Positions 1 through 11,155 are shown, counted from the whole stretch's first letter. The stretch is 61,459 nt of DNA, filler included, from 10 parts of 10 records of this genome joined end to end with filler, not necessarily neighbours in it; one strand, 5' to 3'. Translations and numbers: made by a program. Notes: a model not told the origin generated them from the sequence alone.

Positions 1-30
1 CACAGACACACAGACAGACACACACACACA
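1..30. repeat. (CA)n/(CAGA)n microsatellite at contig end
   Basis: cacagacacacagacagacacacacacaca. Confidence 0.8.
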
Positions 31-551
31 GCGCAAAGTGGTGGCAGCAGCATCACAGACGGCAGAACGAACTGAACAGAAGCGCAAAGCGGCGACAAAG
101 ACACCAATCAATACTGATCGGACCCCGGTGCCGACGCGAAATTCGGGGCTAAAGTGACGCCAAACCCGCGTCTAGTTATGCAATCGTCTTTCGGGGGTCA
201 TCTCAGGATCGGAGTCCCAATTTGACCCCGGCGGGTCGCGTGGACAATCTGATTGGCGGTCTACCTCGAAAATGAGTCGATGAACACACGATTTTTCATA
301 GATGGATCAGCTGAAGTACTAGATCTAGATCTAAAGTACGTATTCATAGTACCAGCAGCGCGAGGTGACCTCATCCTTGCTTGAGCTGCGGCCTGCGCGC
401 GGCCGGATCCATGCACGAGCGCTCGTGCGTGGTGAGCGCGCGCGCGGGCCCGTGCAGCCGCGGTGCGCTCTGCGGTGCACTCGTGGCTCCCTCTTGCTGG
501 CAGTGCCGCGCTCGCCAGGGACGCCTTCGCTCTTATCAGCGCCGCTTCAGG

Positions 552-1811
552 ATGGCAGCCGTTGCCGAAGTTGAGGTCGCGACAGATCTGCTCAGTGCGA
601 TCGTGCCACGTGCGGATCCGAACAACTCCGTCGATCCTATGAACGGCGTGGATTTTCAACAGCGCATGGCGGAAGCTCTTGCAGAGTTTGGCGGCGAAGC
701 CTTTCCGCTCTCTGGAGGCGATCCCGATCTCCCGACGCCACAGCATATCTGCGATGCTGCCAACACTGCCATCGACAACGGTGAGCACCACTACACGGAT
801 AAGGCAGGCATCTTGGAGCTGAGGGATGCCATCAGCGCACACATCAAGGTGACGGACGATCTGGACTACTCTGCTGACGAAATTGTTGTCACTACTGGGG
901 TCCAGTCTGCGCTCATGGCGTGTTTCCTCTCACTGGCAGCGGATGGCGACGAGATTCTGGTCTCGGCCCCAACCTATCGTGCCTACCAGAACCAGGCTGC
1001 AATGGTGGGGGCGTCGGTTGTGGAGATCCCGACACAGCCCGAGACGGGCTTCATCGTTACGCCAGAGGCGTTGGAGGAATCTATTGCTGCGCACCCAAAG
1101 TCGAAGATTTTTGTCCACGTCTCGCCCAACAATCCTAGCGGTGTGGTCACTCCACCAGAGGTTGTAGTGGAGCTTGCTAAGGTGTGCAAGAAGCATGGTC
1201 TCGTTGTGCTCTCGGACGAGATCTACTCCGATATGCTTTACGAGGACTACGACGACGCTGTGCCGTCGCACCTGTCGATAGCATCGCTACCTGGCATGAA
1301 AGAGCGCACAGTGGTTCTAAAAGGCTGTTCGAAGGCCTACGCGATGACCGGGTGGCGTGTCGGATATCTCGCCGCGCCTGCAAAGTTCTGCAAGATTGCA
1401 CAGACGATGGCAGGTCAGATTGCGCTGTCTGTGTCGACACCATCTCAGTATGCAGCGCTGGCTGCATTCTCCGGTCCACAGGACTGCATCAAAGAGTATA
1501 TGGCCATCTATGCGGAGCGTCGACAAATAATGATGGGAACACTTCACAGATTAGGCTTCAAAACATATGGTGGGCATGGTGGATACCTGATGTTGGTGGA
1601 CATCGAGTCCGGTCAATCTGCTCTGAAGGCGGATGAGTTTTGCATCGAACTGCTCCGACAGACCGGTCTGCGCTGCAGCCCGAGCCAGTACCCAGCCTAC
1701 AAGAAATTCGTGAACATGTCATGGCTACAACCCACCGAAATGATTTCGGAGGCGTTCCATAAGTTTGAGCGGTTCGTACTGGCCCTGCAATCGAAGTGTG
1801 CAAAGCTATGA
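552..1811 (+). CDS. Class I/II PLP-dependent aminotransferase, intronless, with C-terminal PTS1-like AKL
   Basis: Motifs YTDKAGILELRDAI, VTTG, SPNNPSG, SDEIY and SKAYAMTGWRVG (PLP lysine). First in-frame ATG at 552 (MAAVAEV). Confidence 0.9.
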   Translation: MAAVAEVEVATDLLSAIVPRADPNNSVDPMNGVDFQQRMAEALAEFGGEAFPLSGGDPDLPTPQHICDAANTAIDNGEHHYTDKAGILELRDAISAHIKVTDDLDYSADEIVVTTGVQSALMACFLSLAADGDEILVSAPTYRAYQNQAAMVGASVVEIPTQPETGFIVTPEALEESIAAHPKSKIFVHVSPNNPSGVVTPPEVVVELAKVCKKHGLVVLSDEIYSDMLYEDYDDAVPSHLSIASLPGMKERTVVLKGCSKAYAMTGWRVGYLAAPAKFCKIAQTMAGQIALSVSTPSQYAALAAFSGPQDCIKEYMAIYAERRQIMMGTLHRLGFKTYGGHGGYLMLVDIESGQSALKADEFCIELLRQTGLRCSPSQYPAYKKFVNMSWLQPTEMISEAFHKFERFVLALQSKCAKL

Positions 1812-2323
1812 AGCTGTCATATGCCGGTTGTTCTGTTGCAAAAGTGGCTACCCACAGGACGCTGCAGATGGCTGCGGATCCGTGAAGCGCCACTCCAGCT
1901 GGTTAAGCAGTTTTAAATGAAACGATGGTTTGATAAATGCTCGAAATCGTTGATCGAGGGCAACCGGGCATCGTGCTGCTTGCTGCGGCTGTGCTGACGG
2001 TGGCTGCTGTATCCGTACTACACCCAGGGCACAACGCTTGACCCCTACTCGCCCGCGACCCGTGGTCTTCTACTGCACCCATGGTTGCGAGCGCTGCTGC
2101 CCCCCACGCGTCCCGACACTGCGCATAAGGTCTTATGCCCAGTGTCGTCCTTAGGGATTGTGGGAGCATCATCCCTATGTTCGTCGGCGCCCTTCAGGGC
2201 ATTAGCGTATGGCAAACAACACAAATGCTAGCATGGAGGAAGGAGCAGTGGCCAGAGTCACGGTGAGGCATTGCATTCATTCGCCCAGTATTCCAGGCAA
2301 CCTCAACCATGGCGCAACGACGG

Positions 2324-3958
2324 TTAGCGACGAGGCTCCAAGCCTTGCAGCCTAAGCCCTGCCGGCGCGCCGTAGCGGCCTTTCCAATTCAGCAGCGCGT
2401 GCGTGCGAATGGAGTCGCGCCATGCAGATGTTGGTGCCGTCGCTGTATTATCTTGCGTACTCAGACTCTCGTGTGCAACTTGCGCACGATGTGGTATGGT
2501 TAACGGAGAATCTGGCTGTTCCTGAGACACGAACACGTACACCGTTGCGTCTACAGGTCTGTCAAGAACAACAGTCACATTAAGTGGAAGCGTTGGATTG
2601 GCGACTAGCGTATGCCGAGGAATTCCCACAGACTCAACATCGTCGACAAGCTCGACCGAGTACTGCTTGCTCACGATTGGCAGCCCAGGCAGCAGCAAAT
2701 TCTCGAAGCTCACGCTGATTCGTGACGCGTTCTTTTGCGTATTGCGAGCATATGCGGTAGTGCTAACACAGTGGCGGCCGCCGGCACATGCATTATCGGC
2801 CACCTTTGACCCATGCAGACTCGACAATGTACCACTGCCGGTATCGATAATGACAGACGCGCAAGAAGTTTGATCTGTGCATCCATCCGCTCCATCTAAT
2901 CCATCAAACGAGTTGCCAGTAATCTGCAAGCCAGTACCGTTCACTGCTGGAGCTGTGGGCCGCACCCAAACCCGCGCGCCCCCCAAAAACACGTTCGAGT
3001 CGATAGTCACCGCACAGCACAACTTATGCCCACCGCTTTGAGTGCCGCTTAACTCGATGACGACATCAACTCCATCCCAATAGTTGTTGACGACTCGTGA
3101 AAAATGGGAGTACAAGGTCATCACCATCCCCACGCGGCTGAAGTTTGACGGCCTGAAAGCTGGGCCAGGAGTGCCCGCAGGTACCCAACCAGACCCGCCG
3201 GAGACATCTACTCCGTAAATGTGATTTCCCTCGAAGCTGTTCGCTGCGCCCCAGTTGGAGATTCCGACACCTGTTGCCCCGAAAACAACACAGTCGTGCA
3301 CCGAATGATCATTGCCTTGTACAAGAATTGCAGTGGCATTTGTTGGCACCTGCCCAGGGTCATCGTTGTTGTACTGTCCGAACCAGCTATCATGTACAAG
3401 TACTTCGTGGCCATGATTGATTTGAAGACCAACGCTCGTGAAGTGAATGATGTAGCAACCAGAGACTTCTCCGCGCAAAGTGCCGTCGAGTGACAAACCA
3501 CCAGTTTGATTACCAGCGTCAATGGCAAGGTCTCGGACAGAAATGTCTTGATTGCCGTTTGGAAGAGATTTGGTGCTGGAAACGGCCAGCACCCAGTCGC
3601 CATGGAAGCCTGGCACAGCTAGCAGGCTGCCGCAGCACATGTGCCAGTTCCCTCCCGGGGCTGCCCCGACTGCAATGGTCCGGTTCACTGCGAATGCACC
3701 ACCATTGAGATCGATGACAACTCCACCGTGATCCGTTCCATCCACTTCGTGACGCTGAACTCCAGTTGAAACCGTAGAGTTGGAGGCACTAAAGGCCAGC
3801 GCTGCATCGACGCAGGTCTGCACTGCGAAGGTGGAGTCTCGACCACCAGTCGGGTCACCACCGAAATCTTCCGGCGTGAACACACGCGCAGTGCTTGCCG
3901 GTGCCCCTGTCGCCACTACTGCCATCGATACGAGCAATTGCTGCATCTGTGGCAGCAT
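2324..3958 (-). CDS. Secreted pectate-lyase-like beta-helix protein resembling plant QUARTET3 polygalacturonase
   Basis: Hydrophobic N-terminus, then FGGDPTGGRDST, GGVVIDLNGG, GHEVLVHDSWFGQ, GNDHSVHDCVVF and ATVYVFVSQ in the same order as in QRT3 (recalled motifs). Confidence 0.8.
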   Translation of the reverse strand: MLPQMQQLLVSMAVVATGAPASTARVFTPEDFGGDPTGGRDSTFAVQTCVDAALAFSASNSTVSTGVQRHEVDGTDHGGVVIDLNGGAFAVNRTIAVGAAPGGNWHMCCGSLLAVPGFHGDWVLAVSSTKSLPNGNQDISVRDLAIDAGNQTGGLSLDGTLRGEVSGCYIIHFTSVGLQINHGHEVLVHDSWFGQYNNDDPGQVPTNATAILVQGNDHSVHDCVVFGATGVGISNWGAANSFEGNHIYGVDVSGGSGWVPAGTPGPAFRPSNFSRVGMVMTLYSHFSRVVNNYWDGVDVVIELSGTQSGGHKLCCAVTIDSNVFLGGARVWVRPTAPAVNGTGLQITGNSFDGLDGADGCTDQTSCASVIIDTGSGTLSSLHGSKVADNACAGGRHCVSTTAYARNTQKNASRISVSFENLLLPGLPIVSKQYSVELVDDVESVGIPRHTLVANPTLPLNVTVVLDRPVDATVYVFVSQEQPDSPLTIPHRAQVAHESLSTQDNTATAPTSAWRDSIRTHALLNWKGRYGAPAGLRLQGLEPRR

Positions 3959-4175
3959 CGATGTCAATGAAGATTAAACAGCTGTCAACTTCTCGTATAC
4001 GATCTGCCGCCCGCCTAGCTAGACTCCCTCGCCCTGGAGGTGCCTGTGACGGCCTACTGTGTGTGTCCCGCTGGTCGCGCGGGCGCGCGCCGGGCGGGCG
4101 GGCGCGCGCCGCACGTCCCTCCTGTTAAAACACCGATGACTGAACGCGGTACCAAGCACAGTGCCCAGATTAAAA

Positions 4176-4275
4176 NNNNNNNNNNNNNNNNNNNNNNNNN
4201 NNNNNNNNNNNNNNNNNNNTTAATTAATTAANNNNNNNNNNNNNNNNNNNNNNNNNNNNNNNNNNNNNNNNNNNN
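4176..4275. other. Artificial contig-joining spacer. Same spacer at 11056-11155, 16429-16528, 24793-24892, 31423-31522, 36199-36298, 40065-40164, 43527-43626 and 47407-47506.
   Basis: N-run, TTAATTAATTAA (stops in all six frames), N-run; 100 nt each. Confidence 0.99.
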
Positions 4276-4375
4276 AGTCTGATCGACACGTCTGGCGCAC
4301 GTTGCGCGCGCGAGCTATACGCTCGCGAGCCATCCGTCTGCGCTGGGGGTAGTGGGGGAAGTTCGTTGTCATTTC

Positions 4376-6073
4376 ATGGGCCGCAAGACTGCTCAGCGGC
4401 GAGCTGGACACGCTGCGAGCAGCTCACCAGAAGCTCTGCTGCCGCGGGCAGCTGCCGCGCTGCTCTCATTGGCACTGGCGTTGGTGCTAATGCAGGTCCC
4501 GCGGGACCCACGCTCTGGCGCCAGGACTACTACGGCAGCAGCTAGCCGAGAGCATGCTGCGTATGTCCTCGGTGACAGTAAGTCAGTGCGCTCTGCGCAG
4601 GCACGTGTGCTGTTGCAAGCGCTGGTGGAGGACGGCGCGCTCCTGCACACTCCAGTGCAGCTTGCGGAACACGCAACAACTGGGCTCGGCATTTTCGCGG
4701 CGCAGAAGTTGGTGCGTGGACAGCCGATATTCACGCTGCCAGCCCGACACTTGATCAGACCAGTTGCTGATGGCATCGGCGCAGCTGCCGTGCTGGTCCA
4801 AGAGCAACGCCAAGCCAGCTCCAAGGCAATGGAGCTGTTCATTGCATCGCTGCCACGAGAGTGCCCGGCAAACATTGCCGCACGCAGTCGCACTGCCTCA
4901 GACCTGGCTCTTGTGTCATTGTCTCTACATGCGTGGAAGACCGAGCTATTGCGAGCTGAACTGAGCTTTCTTGGTAGTGCAATGCCATCTGATTATGCTG
5001 CCACAGCTTCCGAGGCCGAGTGGGCAACGTGTATGCTTATGTCTCGGGCGTTTGGAGTCGACGACGACCCACAAACGAACAAGGCTGCAGGGCATGGAAT
5101 GGTGATGGTTCCGTTCGTTGACCTGCTCAAGTGCGCATCTGAGCTCATCGCGTCAGCCTGTCCAGCAAAGGGGTTGGACCCAAACTTACCTACTGCGCAT
5201 GCAAGCAGGCTAATCTGGCTGTTTGTGTCTCTTTTTCTGCAGCCACGGTAACAGAACCGTAAACCACACGATATCGACCAACGGAGCGGAATTAGTCGCG
5301 GAAGTGGACATTGAGGCCGGGGAAGAGCTTACCTTCCCTTACTCACACAGCCCGTCTCGCGCAAGGTTGTTGACGTCATTTGGGTTTGATGCTGCACCGT
5401 CAGCTTCACTTATGGCATCAGACGTGCCTCAGCGTGACGGAATCTGGCTAGCTGAGCGTGGATGCTCAGGCGACGGCTTGCGGCGCATTGACCTCCACCT
5501 TCTAAAGGACCCGTCATCTGGAGCGAAACTGGGCCTCACTGAAAGTGGGGTCCGCGAGGCACTGCGCTGCATTCGTCTCCAAGTATATACGACCAAGGAG
5601 GCCGAACTCGCCATAAGTGAGCATCGCACAGACTAGAATAGATCATTCTGCGTGGTAGCATCTTGCTGCTTGCCCGCAAGACCTGGCTGCCGCAAGACTG
5701 GGCAAGGCTTGCCCTTGGAGAGCAACATCTGATCACCGCTGCGGCTGCTGCTGTTGTTGCTGTGTGTTCTCTGCACATTCTCGTCGATGAAGGTTCGGGC
5801 TACCTTGACCAGCCCTGGAGTGGCTCTAGTGCAACTGGCACGTCCAAACGTATTCTGGCCCTTGTTCGAAAAGATCGAATGATTACACAAAATACAGCAA
5901 GCCTTTGCGGCACGACGATGTCAACAATGCCCCTGCGGGACCTAGTAACAGCACTTGCGGTGAAAGATGTGTCCGAAGACTTGCGCGACGCAATCGAGGA
6001 TGAAGTGCTCGTGCTCCAAGAGTGCACCAAGATATTGCATGACGCTGCGGCTAGCCTATCGGCGAGGCTGTAG
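4376..6073 (+). CDS. SET-domain (Rubisco LSMT/SETD3-like) methyltransferase, 3 exons; introns 5131-5242 and 5617-5792
   Basis: GLGIFA, SRAF, MVPFVDLLNH (restored by splicing GTGCGC..CAG), DIEAGEELTFPY, LLTSFGF. Confidence 0.8.
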
Positions 6074-6153
6074 AGGCACCGCGCGTAATAGAACCTGAAA
6101 ACTTCTCTAAATCTGCCCAGTGAATTAGAATTTTCAAGTTGGCCAAACTCTCT

Positions 6154-6559
6154 CTAACACAAGGGAATATGTGACACACAATCATGCGTATAAAATCTTT
6201 CAGAACTAAGGTCCTCCAGCACAAAGAACTCGTCATTACCAAGCAGCTGCGCCGCATGCAGTGCCTCAAGACGGGACTGTATCATGCGGAGCTGCTCGTG
6301 ACTTATGAATTGCGGCTCGCCGTTGTTGCTCCATCTCTCGCCACTGCTCATCCAACCTACTCTCCATTGCCTGCGCCTTTATTTTTGCATCGCTCTCGGC
6401 ATGTAGTGCTCGCACCCACCACTCAACAGCCTCCACTCGCAATCGTCCCATCTCCGTCCGCTGGCCCTTCAGCTCCTGCGTCATGACCGCCGCCATCTCC
6501 GCACCAAGAGAATCTGACAGTAATTGTGGTGAGGTGGCCCGAGCACCCGAACTCTGCAA
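6154..6559 (-). pseudogene. Probable frameshifted remnant of a coiled-coil protein gene
   Basis: Helical E/Q/R-rich text in one frame continues in an overlapping frame (EQLRMIQSRLEALHAAQLLGNDEFFVLED) and then degrades. Confidence 0.35.
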
Positions 6560-7159
6560 AGTTTGCCGGGCTGGCGTGGTCGCCAGTGTGGGTGGTGCTG
6601 CCTCTCTGGCTGATACTGTTCCTGCTGTTTCACCAATGCACTTGATTTATGTACTGTACGGTAGTCGAACGCGCGGGTGCGTGCGGACACGGGACAGGCA
6701 AAATCCTGGCCATCAGCTTGAACGTTGAAGCTGATCCGGAACACTGGACAACTTCGAACTTGACCAGGGGTGGTCGTCATGCAAGTTGCGCGAGCAATAA
6801 ATAGCGCCGATACCGGCATTCGAATAGCTCTATTGATATCAATAGAAGACACCCTCAGTGCCTCCGTCCCTGCATGGTGCATGCGCACGCGCGGCAGCTC
6901 TACTATTAATTAGCTAGCTAGCACACGCAGGCCCCGCCGGGCGCGCCGCGCCGCGCGCCGCCCGGCGACTATACGTATACTCTAGTCGCGGTAAACCCCG
7001 CTCCTGCCCTACGAGGAGCCCCCCGTCCGCCCCCCCGCCTCTGCAGCGCCGCAGTGCAGAACAGCGGGTTGTGCGTATTTCTGCCGATCGTTCTGAGAGC
7101 AAGGGTCCAGAGCAAGTTCGAGGCACCGATTCCGCGCGCGTGGTCGTCCACTGACGACG

Positions 7160-7888
7160 ATGACCTCAATGTGCAACGGCGCTGGCGCCGAGGTCGGGTA
7201 CAGCGTGCTGTTCGCAGTCGTCTCCATGCTGGCAACATTGGTGGTGGTCGTTGACGACCGCGAAGCGACGGAGAAGCTGCGGGACCAGCCTCTCATCGGC
7301 GTCCACTTCTCTTCTCCGGGATGCGCCGACAATTTCGTCGCCAACGACTCATCGTCGGGTGGGTTTGGTCTCAACTCTTGGATCGCTGTGGTGTCCTGGG
7401 CCGGCTTGCTCTGCATCGCGGTGCTTGTCGTAGTGGTGCCCCGGCGCTCTCCCGGGTGTGTGCGCTGCATCAATGTTGGGACCCCGGACATGAAACAACG
7501 CCTGATGAACCTCGTTGAGAGGGGACGAATGGACGTCGTGAACCATGTCATGCTGCTCCTCAGCGCGTACCTGCTGTTCGTCACAGCAGGAGTTCAGCTG
7601 AGCTACGTACCGCTCCTGGGCTTGGGCAACCAATTCAATATGGTCTGCCTTGCAGACGCGTCCTGTTCGGCGGCTGTACAGCTCGCCCACGAAGGTTCTG
7701 GTCCTGGAACGGTGTGCTGTGATACCTTCGGGCTGGAGTGCGCACACCCGTTGCTGTTTTGGGGTGCCCTCATCGGCGTCTGCATCGGACCGCTGGTCCC
7801 CCTGCCGTGCGTCTTGTGGAGGATCAGCAGCTTGATGAAGGTCGCGGAAGAGTCCGACGTGCTACTCGCCAAGCCTGCTGGTGTGTGA
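7160..7888 (+). CDS. Hypothetical membrane protein with about 4 TM segments
   Basis: 242-aa ATG-initiated ORF with four hydrophobic stretches and a Cys-rich loop. Confidence 0.55.
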   Translation: MTSMCNGAGAEVGYSVLFAVVSMLATLVVVVDDREATEKLRDQPLIGVHFSSPGCADNFVANDSSSGGFGLNSWIAVVSWAGLLCIAVLVVVVPRRSPGCVRCINVGTPDMKQRLMNLVERGRMDVVNHVMLLLSAYLLFVTAGVQLSYVPLLGLGNQFNMVCLADASCSAAVQLAHEGSGPGTVCCDTFGLECAHPLLFWGALIGVCIGPLVPLPCVLWRISSLMKVAEESDVLLAKPAGV

Positions 7889-8294
7889 CCGGAGGACAGT
7901 TTCGACCTACGTACGCGTATCCCTCACACGTGCGTGGGCATGAAGTAAAATAATGAATGATTGTATCTCGATTGCCTGTACGAGCGAGAGGAGTTGGTGC
8001 CAGGGAAGTTCGATATACTGGTACCGTACGCCGATATACTGAGGTAGTGAGCTAGCTCTGGGAATCTCCTGGAGGGCCCTACTAGTACTCGAAAAGTCTG
8101 ACCAAACTACGTTCACACCGATGGTGGACCACTTGCCCGAGCGGCCGTCGTCTCTGCCCTATCGCGAACATCCATCCGTTCGCTCTGCCGCGAATGCCAA
8201 GTTCACGCTGGACAGAACGTCGGCCACATGCCCGGTATCATTTGCCCTGTGTGTCAAATGCCGTTGCTTCGCCATCGTGAACTTCAGCACCGGC

Positions 8295-11031
8295 CTAAGC
8301 CCCCGCTCGTGGACTGACTGCTGCGTCAGATGCGGAAGAGCCGCGCCCCGATGGACGTTCCGCGCGCTTCTTCCGCTGTGCACGCTTTTTGAGGCGCGCA
8401 TGTATGGCTTCAAGCCTCTCTTGCACAGTCTCGAAACTGGGGCGAAGCTCAGGCTCCCGCTTCCAACAGTCGGTCATCAGTTCGCAGTACACGTTGAAAT
8501 CCGAAGGTGGTGTCTGGAACCACGCTGCCTTCTCGGTCGGGACGGGCGGGCGTAGATCTTTAGCACAGATCTCCATCAAGCGCAGCTTCTGCAGGGACTC
8601 TGGGACCGCTTCGCCGAACAGTAGGTCAGCGTAAGGGACCTCGCTCTGCAGTAGCTCCCACATGATCATCCCAAATGAGTAAACATCCGCTTTCGTCGTC
8701 ACAAGCTCGCCCATCGTCTCCTCTGGAGGCACCCACCCAGGGGTGCCGAGGCCAACGCCTGTAATCTCGTAGTGCCCCTGCAGGCGCGAGAAGCTGAAAT
8801 CGCAGATTTTGACTGTCTTGCTTTGATCGTTTGCAATTAGAAGGTTTGATGACTTCAAGTCGCGGTGGATGATGTGACGCTTGTGTAGGAAAACCATCCC
8901 CTTGGACGCGTCCAGTGCGTACCGTACGCGCGTTGCAAGGTTGAGCTTCGCGCCGCCAGAGTCCTTGGACAACTTGCCATACCGCTGCAGCTGTTGGTAG
9001 ACAGAACAGGCGCACCGTTCTGACACCAGCTGCATCCGCTTGCCTTTAGTCACTGCCCCGTAAAAATTGAGAACGTTTGGGTGTCGCAGTTGGTGCATGA
9101 TCCCTAGTTCTGCCCTGAAATCTGTGCTATCGGCGGGATTGAACAGCTTCACCGCGCTGAATGGTCACAAATGCAGCCACGCAACAGAAGATGCGTCAGG
9201 TCGATATATTGTATGAGCACAGCAGGAGATGGTATAGCAGACCCTGGCTTGGCTGGGGCAGTTGGGACGTTCTCTGGTTAAATGACGCACCATGGGTTAC
9301 CGTGCCAGAGCGCCGCACGAACCTCGCCGGACGCTCCGACACCAAGCTTCTCTTGGTAAACGAGTTGAGATGGAAGGACCTCTTCCCATTCGCTTGAACG
9401 CACGAACTGCTGCAGGAGTGACTGCAGCTCAGATTGAGTGTCAGCAGCCGGCAAATTAAGGCGTTTTAGCTCGGCCAGACCACCAATATGGTACTTGCCG
9501 AAAAAAACTTGTGGAAGCTCGCCTGCTCCATGTGAACGCATAACATCACGCAGCGAGGCATTTCGCTGCGAGCCCATATCGCACTCCTGTATGGGAACGC
9601 CTTCTGCCACGGTATCCAGCAGCTCACGCACTGCACGGCAGTCACGAACTGTGTCCTCAAGCCAGGTATGGGTGGTGGTGCAAACCGTAATCCGTCCATG
9701 CATCGGGCCACGCGAGTTGACGAAAGGCTCCTGCTCGAACCCAAGCGGCGCCGTGCGGACTGCCGGGTTGTACGGTCGATCACCTACATGCCCGCCTGAT
9801 GCAGCACCTCGGGGTGTCGTCGGCAGCTGCCCCTGACCTGGCGCCCCGGCGAGCACACCTGTCTCTGAATTTGAGTCTGATGTGCGCTTGTCTGGAACAA
9901 CACGCCCTATTTGATTGTCTTTCAACAGGATCATCTCTCGCGCGAGCAGTGGATCTTTCACGCCCTGCCCGTTGACCAAGGCCTCGGCACCCTCCCAATC
10001 ACCTTTCGATGCCAGCTCTTGCAGTTGCTCAGCTTGCGTTGCCCCCGCAAGCATCACTCGCTCTGCTCTTGTCGGGCCAACGAAAGGATTTGCGACTGGA
10101 ACTGCAGCGGGTACCTGCAGCTCCGCCTCCCGCTCAGCTGCACTTGCAGCTGCAGCCACAGTTTCCGCCTTAGCCTCAGTCTCCTCGACAGATTCAGCAG
10201 ATTCGGCGGCAGACTGCTCGGCCACCTGCAGATTGCGGACAACCCGATCTACCTCTGTGTGTACGTCAGAGTAGCGCTGCACGAGCTTAGCGAAAGGTGA
10301 AAATGGAAAATTCATCCTCGAGACCTGTTCAACCACCTCGAACGCCAAACGGGCGTTGTCTACGATTTGCTCAGCCTTTGTGACACCACTGCTGGCTTGC
10401 CGACAAGAGAATTCAACCAGGTCAAGCAGAGCCCGACACAGCTGCAGGGAATAATAGTGTACAGCGTCAATGCGATCCTTCGTAGTCTGCTGAACCACTT
10501 CTGTAGCACCTTTAAGAACGAACATCCTCGTGTCCATGATGCTCTCAAAATCCTGGCGATTGATCTGATTAGCAGCACCATTGCATGAAAACATCTGAAT
10601 GCACCCGTTTGGGACGTTGAAGGGGCCTAGCTGGTCGATCTCTACCTCTACATCGTCTTCTGAGTCGAGCTTTTCAAGAACCTGTTGAAGGAAGTCCCCT
10701 TCGAACGTCGTCGGATCTAGCAGAAGCACGTACCCACTGGCATGCGCCTCAGTGGCCTCACGAGACCAAGCACTTGACCGCAGCATTGTGCCAAGGGCGC
10801 CTTTAGTGTCCTCCACCGAATATGGAAGGATAGCCACCAGTTCCTTTTGCTCAGACTTGCTGCTTGCATCCCACGAACGCCGAGACATCCGTTTAGGTAG
10901 CGGCGATGGATGATTCACCCGATGCCGCAACTTACCACTCCCACTGCGAGGAGATACACCTGGAAGTACAAGGGACGGTTTGCCGGACTGGAGTTGTGAC
11001 TGCGCCTGCCCACGGAACGGCGGGATTGCAT
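8295..11031 (-). CDS. TKL/Raf-like protein kinase with an upstream glutaredoxin-like domain; intron 9157-9290; 5' structure uncertain
   Basis: LGVGASGEV, CAVK (after splicing), HRDLKSSNLL, CDFS, GTPGWVPPE, DVYSFG; GRX-like DCRAVRELL..LPQVFFGKYHIGG. Confidence 0.85.
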
Positions 11032-11155
11032 GCTGCTGCTGCTGCTGCTGCTGCTNNNNNNNNNNNNNNNNNNNNNNNNNNNNNNNNNNNNNNNNNNNNT
11101 TAATTAATTAANNNNNNNNNNNNNNNNNNNNNNNNNNNNNNNNNNNNNNNNNNNN

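Noticed and set aside
110-260. GACCCCGG direct repeats and possible hairpins suggesting a MITE or ncRNA
   Set aside because: No convincing terminal inverted repeats or recognisable RNA family
4116-4175. Contig-terminal CCCTCCTGTTAAAACACCGATGACTG as the end of an interspersed repeat
   Set aside because: Plausible cause of the assembly break, but there is no second copy or other end in the window
4176-4275. Repeated TTAATTAATTAA palindrome as a biological repeat or piggyBac target site
   Set aside because: Always embedded in identical N-runs; it is a concatenation spacer
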